From Patescibacteria group bacterium (lineage in GTDB: Bacteria; Patescibacteriota; Minisyncoccia; Phycocordibacterales; Phycocordibacteraceae), in NCBI GenBank assembly GCA_013815345.1, contig JACDGK010000006.1, positions 1 to 63,851 on the forward strand: 63,851 nucleotides of DNA, written 5' to 3'. This document shows, in pieces, positions 37,438 to 47,524 of this stretch (the first letter of the stretch is position 1; every line of letters starts with the position of its first letter). A program made the translations under genes and the position numbers. The notes under the pieces were generated by a model, which searched no databases, had not been told where the DNA came from, and saw only the letters and a list, made by a program, of their open reading frames with translations.

Positions 37438-39351
37438 GTGACCTATCTGGATGGACTTAATGAACGACAAAAGGAGGCGGTACTTGCGACTCAGGGTCCA
37501 GTTTCTGTCTTGGCGGGCGCAGGCTCCGGGAAAACACGAGTACTTACTACCCGGATGTATCATCTCATCTGCCAGGGAATAGCTCCCGAATCTATCCTTG
37601 CCGTTACCTTTACCAATAAAGCTGCGCGAGAAATGCGCGAACGACTTTCAGCACGTCTTGAGATCGGCGGGCCGCTTCCTTTTGTCGCAACATTCCATGG
37701 CCTCGGAAGAGAACTGCTCCAGCAGTACGGACGGCCGCTTAATGTCCCACGTTTTTTTACCATCTTTGATCGTGATGATTCAGATAAAGCAATTCGAGAT
37801 GCATTGAAAGCACTTGAGATAGACCCTAAAGAATTATCCTCTCGTTTTGTTCTTTCACGTATCAGTAAAGCAAAAGGGGAGGGGATGTCTTCCCGCGAAT
37901 TTGTCGAAAAACATAGTCGGGAAAATTTTCGCAGCCGCATTGTTTCCGAAGTGTGGCATCGCTATGATGAAGTCCTTAAAAAAGAGAAGGCGCTCGACTT
38001 CGACGATCTCATCGTGCTTCCGGTAAAACTTTTAGAAGAGCATGAAGACATTCGAACGATCGTTCAGAATCGTTTTTCTCATATTCACATCGATGAGTAT
38101 CAGGATACCAATGCACTTCAGGGACGACTTGCGCATCTGATAGCGGGATCAACTAAAAATCTTTTTGTGGTAGGTGATATCGATCAAACCATCTACACCT
38201 GGCGAGGAGCGACGATCGAAAATCTTCTTGCGTTTGAAGAAAAATATCCTGGCGCAAAAACTATTATTCTCGAACACAATTATCGCTCCACAAAAACTAT
38301 CGTTGATGCGTCAAATATGATCATCGAATTGAATCGTAATCGAAAAGAAAAACGCTCGATCACTAACAATGCAGAAGGGGAACGCATTCTCATTCATCCA
38401 GAAACTACCGCTGAGACCGAAGGTCGATTTGTCGCGCGCGAATGCCGGCGTTTTATTCGCGAGGGCACGGCACCAGAAGAAATCGCTGTGCTCTTTCGCA
38501 CAAACTTTCAATCTCGAACACTCGAAGAAGCATTTCTAGCCGAAGGGGTGCCGTATCGGCTTTTAGGTACAAGGTTTTTTGAACGCAAAGAGGTGAAAGA
38601 CGTGCTCTCATGGATACGGCTTGCGCTCGATCCATCCAGGGAAAATGATCGGGCGCGTGCGGTACAGACACCGCCGCGCGGCATCGGAAAAGTGACACTT
38701 GGAAAAATTATTGCGGGGCGGCACGAAGACTTACGACCGGGTGAGAGAGCAAAGATTGCAGCGTTCGAAGAAATTATTGCGGAACTTTCTATTGCAGCAG
38801 AAACTGAACTTCCCTCGCTCTTCGTGCGGCGAGTGATCCAAAAGAGCGGTATCGACATGCTGCTTCTCAAAGGAGGTGAAGATGATCAAGAGCGTCTTGA
38901 AAATATCAAGGAGCTCGCCACGCTTGCTACGCGTTATGATGCACTTCCCGGCAAAGAAGGCATTGCAGTATTTCTTTCTGATGCAGCTCTTGCGTCTGAT
39001 CAAGATGAGCTTGACCGAAAGCAAACCACAAAGGGCGTTACGCTCATGACCGTGCATGCAGCCAAGGGGTTGGAATTCGACACGGTGTTTGTGACGGGTA
39101 TGGAAGAGGGACTCTTTCCGCATGAAGGACAAGGAGATAGTGAGAAACGTGACGAAGAAGAAGAACGGCGACTTTTCTACGTTGCTATGACTCGTGCAAA
39201 AAAAAGATTGTTGCTAACCTTTGCACGTATTCGTCGTATTTACGGCACCGACTATCTTTCAGAACCTTCGTCTTTTTTGCGTGACATCGATCCCTCGCTC
39301 ACTGAGTATCGCGAAGTAATTCATGAGTACGAAGAAATCATCGAGGCATAG
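37438..39351 (+). CDS. pcrA: PcrA/UvrD DNA helicase
   Basis: LAGAGSGKTRVL, TFTNKAAREM, IDEYQDTN, VGDIDQ, HAAKGLEF, EEERRLFYVAMTRA. Start GTG 37438. Confidence 0.95.
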   Translation: MTYLDGLNERQKEAVLATQGPVSVLAGAGSGKTRVLTTRMYHLICQGIAPESILAVTFTNKAAREMRERLSARLEIGGPLPFVATFHGLGRELLQQYGRPLNVPRFFTIFDRDDSDKAIRDALKALEIDPKELSSRFVLSRISKAKGEGMSSREFVEKHSRENFRSRIVSEVWHRYDEVLKKEKALDFDDLIVLPVKLLEEHEDIRTIVQNRFSHIHIDEYQDTNALQGRLAHLIAGSTKNLFVVGDIDQTIYTWRGATIENLLAFEEKYPGAKTIILEHNYRSTKTIVDASNMIIELNRNRKEKRSITNNAEGERILIHPETTAETEGRFVARECRRFIREGTAPEEIAVLFRTNFQSRTLEEAFLAEGVPYRLLGTRFFERKEVKDVLSWIRLALDPSRENDRARAVQTPPRGIGKVTLGKIIAGRHEDLRPGERAKIAAFEEIIAELSIAAETELPSLFVRRVIQKSGIDMLLLKGGEDDQERLENIKELATLATRYDALPGKEGIAVFLSDAALASDQDELDRKQTTKGVTLMTVHAAKGLEFDTVFVTGMEEGLFPHEGQGDSEKRDEEEERRLFYVAMTRAKKRLLLTFARIRRIYGTDYLSEPSSFLRDIDPSLTEYREVIHEYEEIIEA

Positions 39352-39354
39352 CGC

Positions 39355-40137
39355 ATGACGTATCCTAAAAAATCATTGGGGCAGCATTTTCTCATGCACC
39401 GTCAGACTGCGGAACGTATCGTGCTTGCGGCTGAGGTGACGCTGGAAAGTACGGTACTTGAAATCGGGCCGGGCACCGGCATCTTGACTCGCGCGCTTCT
39501 TAAGGTGGCAAAGAAAGTTATTGCCGTCGAAGCAGACACGGAACTTCTACCAAAACTTCAGGAAGAATTCTGTAACGAGATCGAAGAAGGGAAGCTTGTG
39601 CTTATCGGAAGCGACATACGAATATTCGATCCGAAAAGCATCCAAGGGTCGTATCTTCTTGTGGCCAATATTCCGTATTACATAACCGGCGAGATCATCC
39701 GACAGTTTTTAGGAACTGGGCACAAACCCTCGTCTCTTACGTTGCTTGTCCAAAAAGAAGTGGCGGTGCGTATCGCCAGGAGCACGAAAGAGAGTCTGCT
39801 TTCGTTGTCGGTAAAGGCGTACGGAACGCCTCACTATCGCTTTACGGTGCCAAAAGGTGCGTTTTTTCCCGCCCCTTCGGTCGACTCAGCGGTACTTTCA
39901 ATCACCGGCGTCAAAACCCAGGCATTCGCTTCAAACGCTGAAGAAGCTCGCTTTTTTACAATTTTACATGCTGGATTTGCTCATAAAAGAAAGCGCTTGG
40001 CGAAAAATCTGGAGGCAATAGCGAGCGCATCCGCGATAGCGAATATATTTGCCGAAATCGGCCTTTTTCCAAACGTCCGTGCGGAAGATGTTTCTCTCTC
40101 AGCTTGGCAGCTCCTTGCTCAAAAACTTTCCCTTTAG
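39355..40137 (+). CDS. rsmA: 16S rRNA dimethyladenosine transferase RsmA/KsgA
   Basis: KKSLGQHFL, EIGPGTG, ANIPYYIT, PAPSVDSAV. Confidence 0.96.
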   Translation: MTYPKKSLGQHFLMHRQTAERIVLAAEVTLESTVLEIGPGTGILTRALLKVAKKVIAVEADTELLPKLQEEFCNEIEEGKLVLIGSDIRIFDPKSIQGSYLLVANIPYYITGEIIRQFLGTGHKPSSLTLLVQKEVAVRIARSTKESLLSLSVKAYGTPHYRFTVPKGAFFPAPSVDSAVLSITGVKTQAFASNAEEARFFTILHAGFAHKRKRLAKNLEAIASASAIANIFAEIGLFPNVRAEDVSLSAWQLLAQKLSL

Positions 40138-40228
40138 CACTCTTACTTTTTGATGGAAATAATGCACAGAAATAATTACCCTTTGCTGAAGATTTAATGA
40201 GCGTTCATGCTATTATTTTGGTAGTCGT

Positions 40229-41260
40229 ATGGCCGTTTCTACAGAGATAAAACGTGTGCCTCGTGTGCTTGGATCACTTCTCATCGTAGGCGTGTTCATA
40301 CTCGCTGCGTACCTTTTTTCCGGACCCCCTTTATCATTTCTAAAGCCGAAAGCCGCAAGCGCGGAATCTACTGCGGCACTTTTAAAAGCCTATTCACAAA
40401 AAGACACCGATACTGACGGTCTTCCTGACTGGGAGGAGTCGTTGTATGGCACTGATCCGAACAATGCTCACTCGGTGAGCCAAACTGTTACCGATGGAGA
40501 AGCCGTCGCGCAGGGCTTGGTGAAGCCGAAATTTAATACGCAAACAAATGCTTCTGCAGCTAACCTGTCGCTCGCTCCTGCACCGACCGCTGCGGCAGGT
40601 TCTATTACTGACCAATTTGCACAAAATCTTTTCAGTCAGTACATGAATCAATTGGGGAGCACACCTCCTTCGAGTCAAGATATCGCAAACTTTGCACAAA
40701 AAGCTGTCGAGTCCGCGGTAGCAGATCACACTCAGCATGATCGATACTCTGCACCCAACGTACGCGTGAGTGGTGCGGGCCCCGCAGCGCTTATGACATA
40801 CGCTGCCGCTATGGAGGAAGTATTTGCAGCGCATACCATACCAGGAAATAAAAGCGAGATCGATTATTTTTCTGACTCGGTTAATAAAAATAGTCCCGAT
40901 GCGCTCTCGATGGTTGGTGCCATAGGAAGCTCATACGGAGAAAATGCTTCTGCACTACTGGAAGTACACGTACCGAACGAAGCACAGTCCGCACATCTTG
41001 AAATCGTTAATGCCCTTTCGCGACTCGGTGCCGACACTACCGACATGAGTACGATAAATAGCGATCCGCTTCGTGCGTATTTTGGTTTGGCGGCGTATCA
41101 ATCTGACGCAAAACTGCTGGTTCGTGCATTTAGCGATATGGCTGCAGTATTCAGCACGGAAAACGTAACTCTTACCTCTTCCGATAAGGGCTACCATTTC
41201 TATAAAACGGCTATGGGCGCAAAAGACCAGCCGGTAGCAGCATCGAATTCATCTTCTTAA
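40229..41260 (+). CDS. Membrane-anchored protein with TSP3-like Ca-binding repeat
   Basis: TM helix followed by DTDTDGLPDWEESLYGTDPNN. Confidence 0.75.
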   Translation: MAVSTEIKRVPRVLGSLLIVGVFILAAYLFSGPPLSFLKPKAASAESTAALLKAYSQKDTDTDGLPDWEESLYGTDPNNAHSVSQTVTDGEAVAQGLVKPKFNTQTNASAANLSLAPAPTAAAGSITDQFAQNLFSQYMNQLGSTPPSSQDIANFAQKAVESAVADHTQHDRYSAPNVRVSGAGPAALMTYAAAMEEVFAAHTIPGNKSEIDYFSDSVNKNSPDALSMVGAIGSSYGENASALLEVHVPNEAQSAHLEIVNALSRLGADTTDMSTINSDPLRAYFGLAAYQSDAKLLVRAFSDMAAVFSTENVTLTSSDKGYHFYKTAMGAKDQPVAASNSSS

Positions 41261-41261
41261 T

Positions 41262-42983
41262 ATGAAATGTTTCTCTGCTTCCATATTTAAACGAGCCGTA
41301 CTTTTTTTTACGATCGTTCTATTTCTGACTTCACCCTTACTCCTCTTGCCACCCAAAGCTCATGCGCAAGGGTTGGTTGTATACGATCCTCTGAATCATA
41401 TTCAAAACGTAATAACCTCAGCCTCGACTCTTGCCGAGAAAATTAAAACATATTCTCTTGATCCTCTCGCATGGTTTGTCGCAAAAGCAGCAATTCAGTC
41501 GATAGTGAATAGCACGGTGAACTGGATCAATCATGGTTTTCATGGCTCTCCCGCTTTTATTACCGACCTGACCCATACGCTGCAGGCCGTAGGTGACGTA
41601 GCGGCAAATAATTTTCTCGGGCAGTTGGCAAGTAATGGCGCCATTCATTCTCCGTTCCAGAATCAAGTGGCCAGTGCCGTCGGTCAAGATTATTTCCGTT
41701 CGACCGGGAGCAATGGTTTTTTTAATCAAAATCCCTACACACTCAACAGAACCACTTCAAACGACGCGGCGTTCCTCGCGGGTAATCTTTCAGCAGGAGG
41801 TTTCGACGCGTGGATGGCGGCAGCCATGCATCCCGCAAACAATCCCTACGGCGCTCAACTTCTCGCACAAAACGCACTTGGTGCTCAGGTTGCCGGTGCG
41901 CAGGATCAACAGAAAACAGAGCTGGGCTGGGGAAATGGATTTCTTTCCTGGAAGGGAAGTTGTCCTGGTTCATCTGGTGGTGTTACGCCGATTACCCCCA
42001 TTACTGCGCAGGCGCCCGTTACACTCACCGGTACGACGGTCAATAATACGCCGCTCTCCCTGCCACCGTCTCCTACACTCGGTGCTGCTGCAGTACTTGC
42101 ACTTTCTAACGGTGCGCCGTCTACCGGAGGAAGTAATCCTTTTAATTTAACGTCACTAGGGCCTCCAACCTCGGGGGGATCAACAGGTGGAAACAGCAAT
42201 CCTTTCAATTTGACTTCGCTCGGCGGTACTGGCGCAACCTCGCTCTCGAGCAATAGCAATTGTTTCGGCTCGAGTATTCAAACCCCAGGAAGCGTGATCA
42301 TGGCCGGACTAAACAAGAGCTTGGGTTCTGGCATTGATACCCTAGTCAGTGCTGATCAGTTCAACGAGATAGCGAGCGCACTTCTCAATCAATTACTGAA
42401 TCAGGTTTTGGGACCAAGTGGTCTCGGAGGTCTTACGCAACCTTCTCCCACGAGAAGCGGTAGCACCTATTTCAATCAACCCTCAGCCACTTCTCAAGCA
42501 GCAGCAACGAGCAATGGTTTGAGTGCGAGTTTTTCTCAAACGCTTTCCTCCCAGGCAGCTCCGCTTCAAACCTATCAGAACCAATGGAGCGCTATTGGCG
42601 GAGCTGCCCAGAACGCAAAAAATGCACTGCTGAGTAGTACGTGCTACCCGGATGCTGCATCGGTACTGGCGACGGTGGTGCAGCCCGTGATTGATGAATC
42701 GGTAGTGAAAGTCTCTCAAGCGAGCACTGCACTTTCTGCACTTGGTAAAGTTAAAACAGAACTGCCTCCCACAACCAGTACGGCCGACACGACGGCGCAG
42801 CTTTCACAAGCTTCGACCGACTACTCCGCACTTATTTCTTCAGGAACACTTCCAAGTGCAAGCGATGTGAGTATTGCGGAGGAGCAAAGTATCGATACCG
42901 GTACTTCGACGCCGCCCTCGCTCTACACACAGATGAATCAAATTGCGCAGGCAGCGCAGAGCTGTCGTGCGCCTGGCACCTAA
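41262..42983 (+). CDS. Secreted protein with TrbJ/VirB5-like N-terminus
   Basis: Signal peptide ending AHAQ, then VYDPLNHIQNVITSA; Gly/Ser/Thr-rich middle. Confidence 0.6.
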   Translation: MKCFSASIFKRAVLFFTIVLFLTSPLLLLPPKAHAQGLVVYDPLNHIQNVITSASTLAEKIKTYSLDPLAWFVAKAAIQSIVNSTVNWINHGFHGSPAFITDLTHTLQAVGDVAANNFLGQLASNGAIHSPFQNQVASAVGQDYFRSTGSNGFFNQNPYTLNRTTSNDAAFLAGNLSAGGFDAWMAAAMHPANNPYGAQLLAQNALGAQVAGAQDQQKTELGWGNGFLSWKGSCPGSSGGVTPITPITAQAPVTLTGTTVNNTPLSLPPSPTLGAAAVLALSNGAPSTGGSNPFNLTSLGPPTSGGSTGGNSNPFNLTSLGGTGATSLSSNSNCFGSSIQTPGSVIMAGLNKSLGSGIDTLVSADQFNEIASALLNQLLNQVLGPSGLGGLTQPSPTRSGSTYFNQPSATSQAAATSNGLSASFSQTLSSQAAPLQTYQNQWSAIGGAAQNAKNALLSSTCYPDAASVLATVVQPVIDESVVKVSQASTALSALGKVKTELPPTTSTADTTAQLSQASTDYSALISSGTLPSASDVSIAEEQSIDTGTSTPPSLYTQMNQIAQAAQSCRAPGT

Positions 42984-43011
42984 TATCATGCTTGATTTTA
43001 GACAAACAAAA

Positions 43012-45492
43012 ATGAGCATGTTGAGAAAATTTGGAGCTGTTGCGCTTTCATCATTGCTGATTTTTGTCGCATTTCCATATGTTAGTTTTGCTGATACCGC
43101 TACAGACTTAGCCGCCGCTAAGGTTGCGCAAGCTGCAGCCGATAAGGCTGCAGCAATTTCGGGTAACTATATAGATTTTTCTGGAACCGAACTTCAAACG
43201 ACAGGCAATACTGCCGTACAAGCCTCAGCTGCATGGAACATTGTTGCCAAGGATTATGCAACTGCCGCGCTCGCTGACAAGCAAAATGGCAATTCAAATG
43301 TTCAACTTCAAATTGATTTAGCGGGCTTAAACAATGCGAGCGATGAAATTCATGCGAACGCGAATGTAGTTGGTGGCCTACAAACGATTAGCGCTCTAAG
43401 TCCAACGACTACCAGCATTTTAGATAAAGATTACGGAACAATACAATCGAATATTAGTTCCGTTGAAACTTTAAAACAGAATGTTAACACCGCGACGGGT
43501 AATACAACCGGTGCTGCACAAAATGCGAGCTCCAGCGCTGCTGCTGCACAAAATGCGAGCGCATTAAATGCAGCGGCTCAGAAAGATCAATGCGATGGAT
43601 CAGGAGCTCTCACCAATTTTGGAAATTGTATTCTCCCCTCGATTGCCTTTTTCATATTTCAAGTATCGGCCACAATCCTCGGCTTTGCTGCGTTAGTTTT
43701 TAATTGGATCGTTACCATTACGATATTTCAATTCGCAACGTACTTTGCGAACTCGCCTGGATTCTTGCTTGCGTGGGGCATACTACGGGACGTTGGAAAC
43801 ATCATGCTCCTGTTTGGATTTATATTCATGGGCATTTCAACCATTCTCGATATTCAGTCCTTTAGCGCAAAAAAAACACTGCCTGGACTGATTATTTTCG
43901 CTGTTTTGTTAAACTTCAGTCTCTTTGCTTCTGAAGGAGTGGTAGATGTTGCGAATGCTCTCGCGAGTTCTTTCTTCCTGCAGGCTGGACAGAGTAACGA
44001 AGGCGGAAGTTGTGCAAACCAGATCGGCGGCAGTCCTACGAGCGTTCAAACTAATGTCGCTGGATGTACAGGAACTACAGCGGGAATATCTGGCACAATT
44101 ATTCAAGCCGCAGGAATTAATACAGTATTTGCTGCCAAAACCCCGTTAGACAAGAGCAGTGGGGCTCTTGTTCTTTTCTTACTCTCGATATTTCTCATTA
44201 TAACGGCTGTCGTACTTTTCGCGGGAACAATCTTACTTATCGTGCGGGTACTCGTGTTAGTTTTCATGCTCGTTGTTTCGCCGCTCGGGTTTGCCGCCAT
44301 GGCTCTTCCCCCTTTTCATAAAATGGCTATGGGTTGGTGGCGTAAACTTCTCTCAGAAGCGTTCGTCGCCCCTGTGTTTCTGCTCTTGATTTTCGTAAGT
44401 ATTAAAATCATGTCTTCTATCTCCGTAAATAGTACGGGCGAAACTGCCTCATTCGCTGATGCCGTCGCAAATCCTGGTTCGAAAGACATAGGTATATTTC
44501 TGATATTTTTCCTTATCACCGGTTTTATGATCGCAGCACTTATTGCAGCGAAAAAAATGGGCGCTTCTGGGGCTGAATTTGCAGCAAATAAAGCGAGTTC
44601 ACTGGTCTTTGGTACGATTACTCGTGGAACGAATTTTGCAGTAGGAGGAACCTCACGATTGGGACGAGCGGCTATCCAACGTAGTCCTCTCCGTAATACA
44701 GCGGTAGCACGATTTGCAGTTAACCATGTTTTACGTCCTCTCGAAGGTGCAAATCTAGATGTGCGGAGAATTCCTGGAGCAAGCAGAGCCTTTGGAATTG
44801 CTGGAATTACGGCTGGAGCAAAACCAGCACGAAACGCAACGTATACAGACATTTCGCGAATACCGCAAGAAATGCGAGCTATGAGCGATGCACGAGCCAC
44901 CGAATACAAAAGTGAAATTCGAAAGCAAAAACTATTGCGAGAATCCCGCTCAGAAGAAAGTCTTGACGATACGACACGACGGACATTGCAACAAATGTCT
45001 GTTAAGGAGCTTGAAGCTTTGCGAGGAATTAAAGAAGGGGTGGAAGTGCTTGCTCGAGAACTTACCCAGGAACAATTTGATCGCTTGCAAGGTAGCGATG
45101 GCCTTACCGATGATCAAAAGCGTCGTCTTAGGAATGCCCGAGATACAAGGTTTGATGGGACTGGTGTTACCGTACCCCCTCCGGCTGGATCACCACCTGG
45201 CACTCCTTCACTAAACATGACACGGGCGGCAAGGACGTTGAGAAGTATGCGCCCTGATCAAGTCGCTGCGTTGTCTCCAAGGACTCTCACTCAACCACCT
45301 GTATTAAATGCCCTTACTGGACGACAACTTGCAGCTATTAATCCGGCAAATCTTGATGCGGCGCAACAGACTACGATTGCTGCCCATATCGTGACAGAAA
45401 GAGCTGCGGGGACCGCTACTGCCATTGAATTCGACAATCTTTTGCGCGTTAACCCAAGTGTTAGAAATCGCTGGCGGGGATATGTTCCTTAG
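43012..45492 (+). CDS. VirB6/TrbL-like polytopic membrane protein
   Basis: Signal peptide, 6-8 TM segments (RDVGNI...LLNFSLF...SPLGFAAMALP...WWRKLLSEAFVAPV), basic cytoplasmic tail. Confidence 0.7.
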   Translation: MSMLRKFGAVALSSLLIFVAFPYVSFADTATDLAAAKVAQAAADKAAAISGNYIDFSGTELQTTGNTAVQASAAWNIVAKDYATAALADKQNGNSNVQLQIDLAGLNNASDEIHANANVVGGLQTISALSPTTTSILDKDYGTIQSNISSVETLKQNVNTATGNTTGAAQNASSSAAAAQNASALNAAAQKDQCDGSGALTNFGNCILPSIAFFIFQVSATILGFAALVFNWIVTITIFQFATYFANSPGFLLAWGILRDVGNIMLLFGFIFMGISTILDIQSFSAKKTLPGLIIFAVLLNFSLFASEGVVDVANALASSFFLQAGQSNEGGSCANQIGGSPTSVQTNVAGCTGTTAGISGTIIQAAGINTVFAAKTPLDKSSGALVLFLLSIFLIITAVVLFAGTILLIVRVLVLVFMLVVSPLGFAAMALPPFHKMAMGWWRKLLSEAFVAPVFLLLIFVSIKIMSSISVNSTGETASFADAVANPGSKDIGIFLIFFLITGFMIAALIAAKKMGASGAEFAANKASSLVFGTITRGTNFAVGGTSRLGRAAIQRSPLRNTAVARFAVNHVLRPLEGANLDVRRIPGASRAFGIAGITAGAKPARNATYTDISRIPQEMRAMSDARATEYKSEIRKQKLLRESRSEESLDDTTRRTLQQMSVKELEALRGIKEGVEVLARELTQEQFDRLQGSDGLTDDQKRRLRNARDTRFDGTGVTVPPPAGSPPGTPSLNMTRAARTLRSMRPDQVAALSPRTLTQPPVLNALTGRQLAAINPANLDAAQQTTIAAHIVTERAAGTATAIEFDNLLRVNPSVRNRWRGYVP

Positions 45493-45507
45493 CTGAATTA
45501 TATTCAA

Positions 45508-46398
45508 ATGGACATACATTCCGAAAAACAACTGCTGGAAAAATATGAAATCGCGCCAAAGGCGATTCAGGATTCTTTGTCAGATGGATCTGCAATTGAT
45601 TTTATAATGAGCATGCAGGATCGATATAAATTTCATATAGACGTTGCGCAGCATGTAATGGAACTAATTCGGGACCTATTACTTGGATTCCTAAGTCCCG
45701 CGGACTTTTTTTCTGAGTTACAGATGTCCGGCATTGATGCTGACACGTCAAAAAAACTAGTTGAGGACTTGAATAAGGAAGTTTTCATTCCCATGAGAGA
45801 GAAAATGAAAAGTGAAGGTTCGAAAGTGATACTTCCAGGAAACATTGGTACGAAAGATTTAGCACGTATTGAAATAGTAAATAACGAAAAACAGCCCATA
45901 GCTTCTGCTGATATTCAAATTCAAGAATCTTCCACCTCTACACCTTCGCTCGTGTCGGTTCCTTCATATGCCCCTGTTGCGCCGCCTCAACCACTGATCG
46001 AGCCTATCCCACCATTGCCGGAAATTCAGGCGCCGGTAGTGACGCCTGAAGCGTCACCGGAAATACGTACGATGGCGAGTGATATGGCTGCGGTGAAGGC
46101 GGGGGAATCTCCTCACTTTGTTCCCGCACGCCCTCTTTCCGCACCTACAAGTACTTGGGTGCCAGCTCCACAAGCTCCAATAGCGCCGCCGTCCCCACAA
46201 CCCGAATACGTACCGATTCCGGCGCCTTCTTCCGATGCTTCACACGCTCCTATGCCACCAGCGTCTCCACCGAAATTCATTCCGACACCTCCCCTACCAC
46301 GCCCAAAACCGGCAGCAGCAAACACGGAAAACAGAGATTCGCTGCATGCCGTCCTAAAATCCTATGGTATCGATCCATACCGCGAGCCCGCTGAGTAA
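45508..46398 (+). CDS. Proline-rich cytoplasmic protein ending DPYREPAE
   Basis: Helical N-domain + Pro-rich linker + short C-terminal motif. Confidence 0.75.
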   Translation: MDIHSEKQLLEKYEIAPKAIQDSLSDGSAIDFIMSMQDRYKFHIDVAQHVMELIRDLLLGFLSPADFFSELQMSGIDADTSKKLVEDLNKEVFIPMREKMKSEGSKVILPGNIGTKDLARIEIVNNEKQPIASADIQIQESSTSTPSLVSVPSYAPVAPPQPLIEPIPPLPEIQAPVVTPEASPEIRTMASDMAAVKAGESPHFVPARPLSAPTSTWVPAPQAPIAPPSPQPEYVPIPAPSSDASHAPMPPASPPKFIPTPPLPRPKPAAANTENRDSLHAVLKSYGIDPYREPAE

Positions 46399-46449
46399 AA
46401 ACGCTAAAAAATTACGGCTGCTCGCAGCTAAGCTGTTATACTAAACCAG

Positions 46450-46854
46450 ATGGAATACCAAGTGCCTCAATTCATCGAGATAGAGGACAAGATCTTTGGT
46501 CCGCTTTCTCTAAAGCAGTTTATTTATCTCGCTGGTGGTACCGGACTCTGCGTGGTACTTGTTTTATACCTTCACGTCATCGGAGTAATTCTCGCTATTC
46601 CCGTTGCCGCTTTCTCTGGTGCACTCGCTTTCTATAAAATCAACAATAAAACGTTTGTAGAAATTCTTGAAGCAGGCTTTAACTATTACATTGCAGGTCG
46701 ACTCTACTTGTGGAAAAAAGACGACATGACAAAGGTGCAGGCGCCTGCAGCGCCTGCACCTATTACTCGCGAGAAATTGGGTCTTTCACAAGGAAAACTC
46801 CATGAATTGGCGTGGTCACTCGATATCAAAGATCAGAATCAATCTGATTCGTAA
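46450..46854 (+). CDS. PrgI family (VirB3-like) membrane protein
   Basis: VPQFIEIEDKIFGPLSLKQFIYL plus two TM segments. Confidence 0.88.
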   Translation: MEYQVPQFIEIEDKIFGPLSLKQFIYLAGGTGLCVVLVLYLHVIGVILAIPVAAFSGALAFYKINNKTFVEILEAGFNYYIAGRLYLWKKDDMTKVQAPAAPAPITREKLGLSQGKLHELAWSLDIKDQNQSDS

Positions 46855-46860
46855 CGCACT

Positions 46861-47505
46861 ATGGCAACCACAAAAGCAACACAGGCATTCGTGCCGGTAA
46901 AAGAAGTAAGAAATGGCATTGTCATCCTTAAAGATGGCGGTTATCGAGGCATTCTCATGTGCTCTTCTCTAAACTTTGCGCTTAAGTCGGAAGATGAGCA
47001 GAAGGGAATCATTGGGGGATTCCAAACATTCTTAAATGAGCTGGATTTCAGTGTTGAGATAGTCGTGCACTCTCGAAAGATGGATATACGTCCTTACTTG
47101 CAGCTCCTTCAGGAGCGCATGGCGCTGCAATCGACCGAACTCATGCGACTGCAGCTTCGAGAATATATGTCATTCATTCAGAATTTTATTGAAGGGTCAG
47201 CTATTATGACCAAAATGTTCTATGTCATCATTCCGTACACACCGATTGGAACATTAGAAGTGGCGGGAGCGTTTAAGGGACTTGGGCTTGGAAAGAAAGG
47301 GGGCACGGCCGCACAGACGGCAGGGGTCGATCATTTTGAGGAACATCGCGTGCAGCTTGAGCAGCGCATGTCGCTGGTGATTTCCGGTCTTACTGCTTCC
47401 GGACTTCGCGCAGTGCCGCTCGGAACGGAAGAGGTGATCGAGCTCCTCTATCGTTCTTTTAATCTCGGCGACATGGAAAACCCTATCAGACTCGCGACCG
47501 CGTAA
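46861..47505 (+). CDS. VirB4-associated protein (resembles the VirB4/TraC N-terminal region)
   Basis: SSLNFALKSEDEQ, LDFSVEIVVHSRKMDI, EEVIELLYRSFN; sits between PrgI and VirB4. Confidence 0.7.
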   Translation: MATTKATQAFVPVKEVRNGIVILKDGGYRGILMCSSLNFALKSEDEQKGIIGGFQTFLNELDFSVEIVVHSRKMDIRPYLQLLQERMALQSTELMRLQLREYMSFIQNFIEGSAIMTKMFYVIIPYTPIGTLEVAGAFKGLGLGKKGGTAAQTAGVDHFEEHRVQLEQRMSLVISGLTASGLRAVPLGTEEVIELLYRSFNLGDMENPIRLATA

Positions 47506-47524
47506 ATTTTATACCGAAACCATT

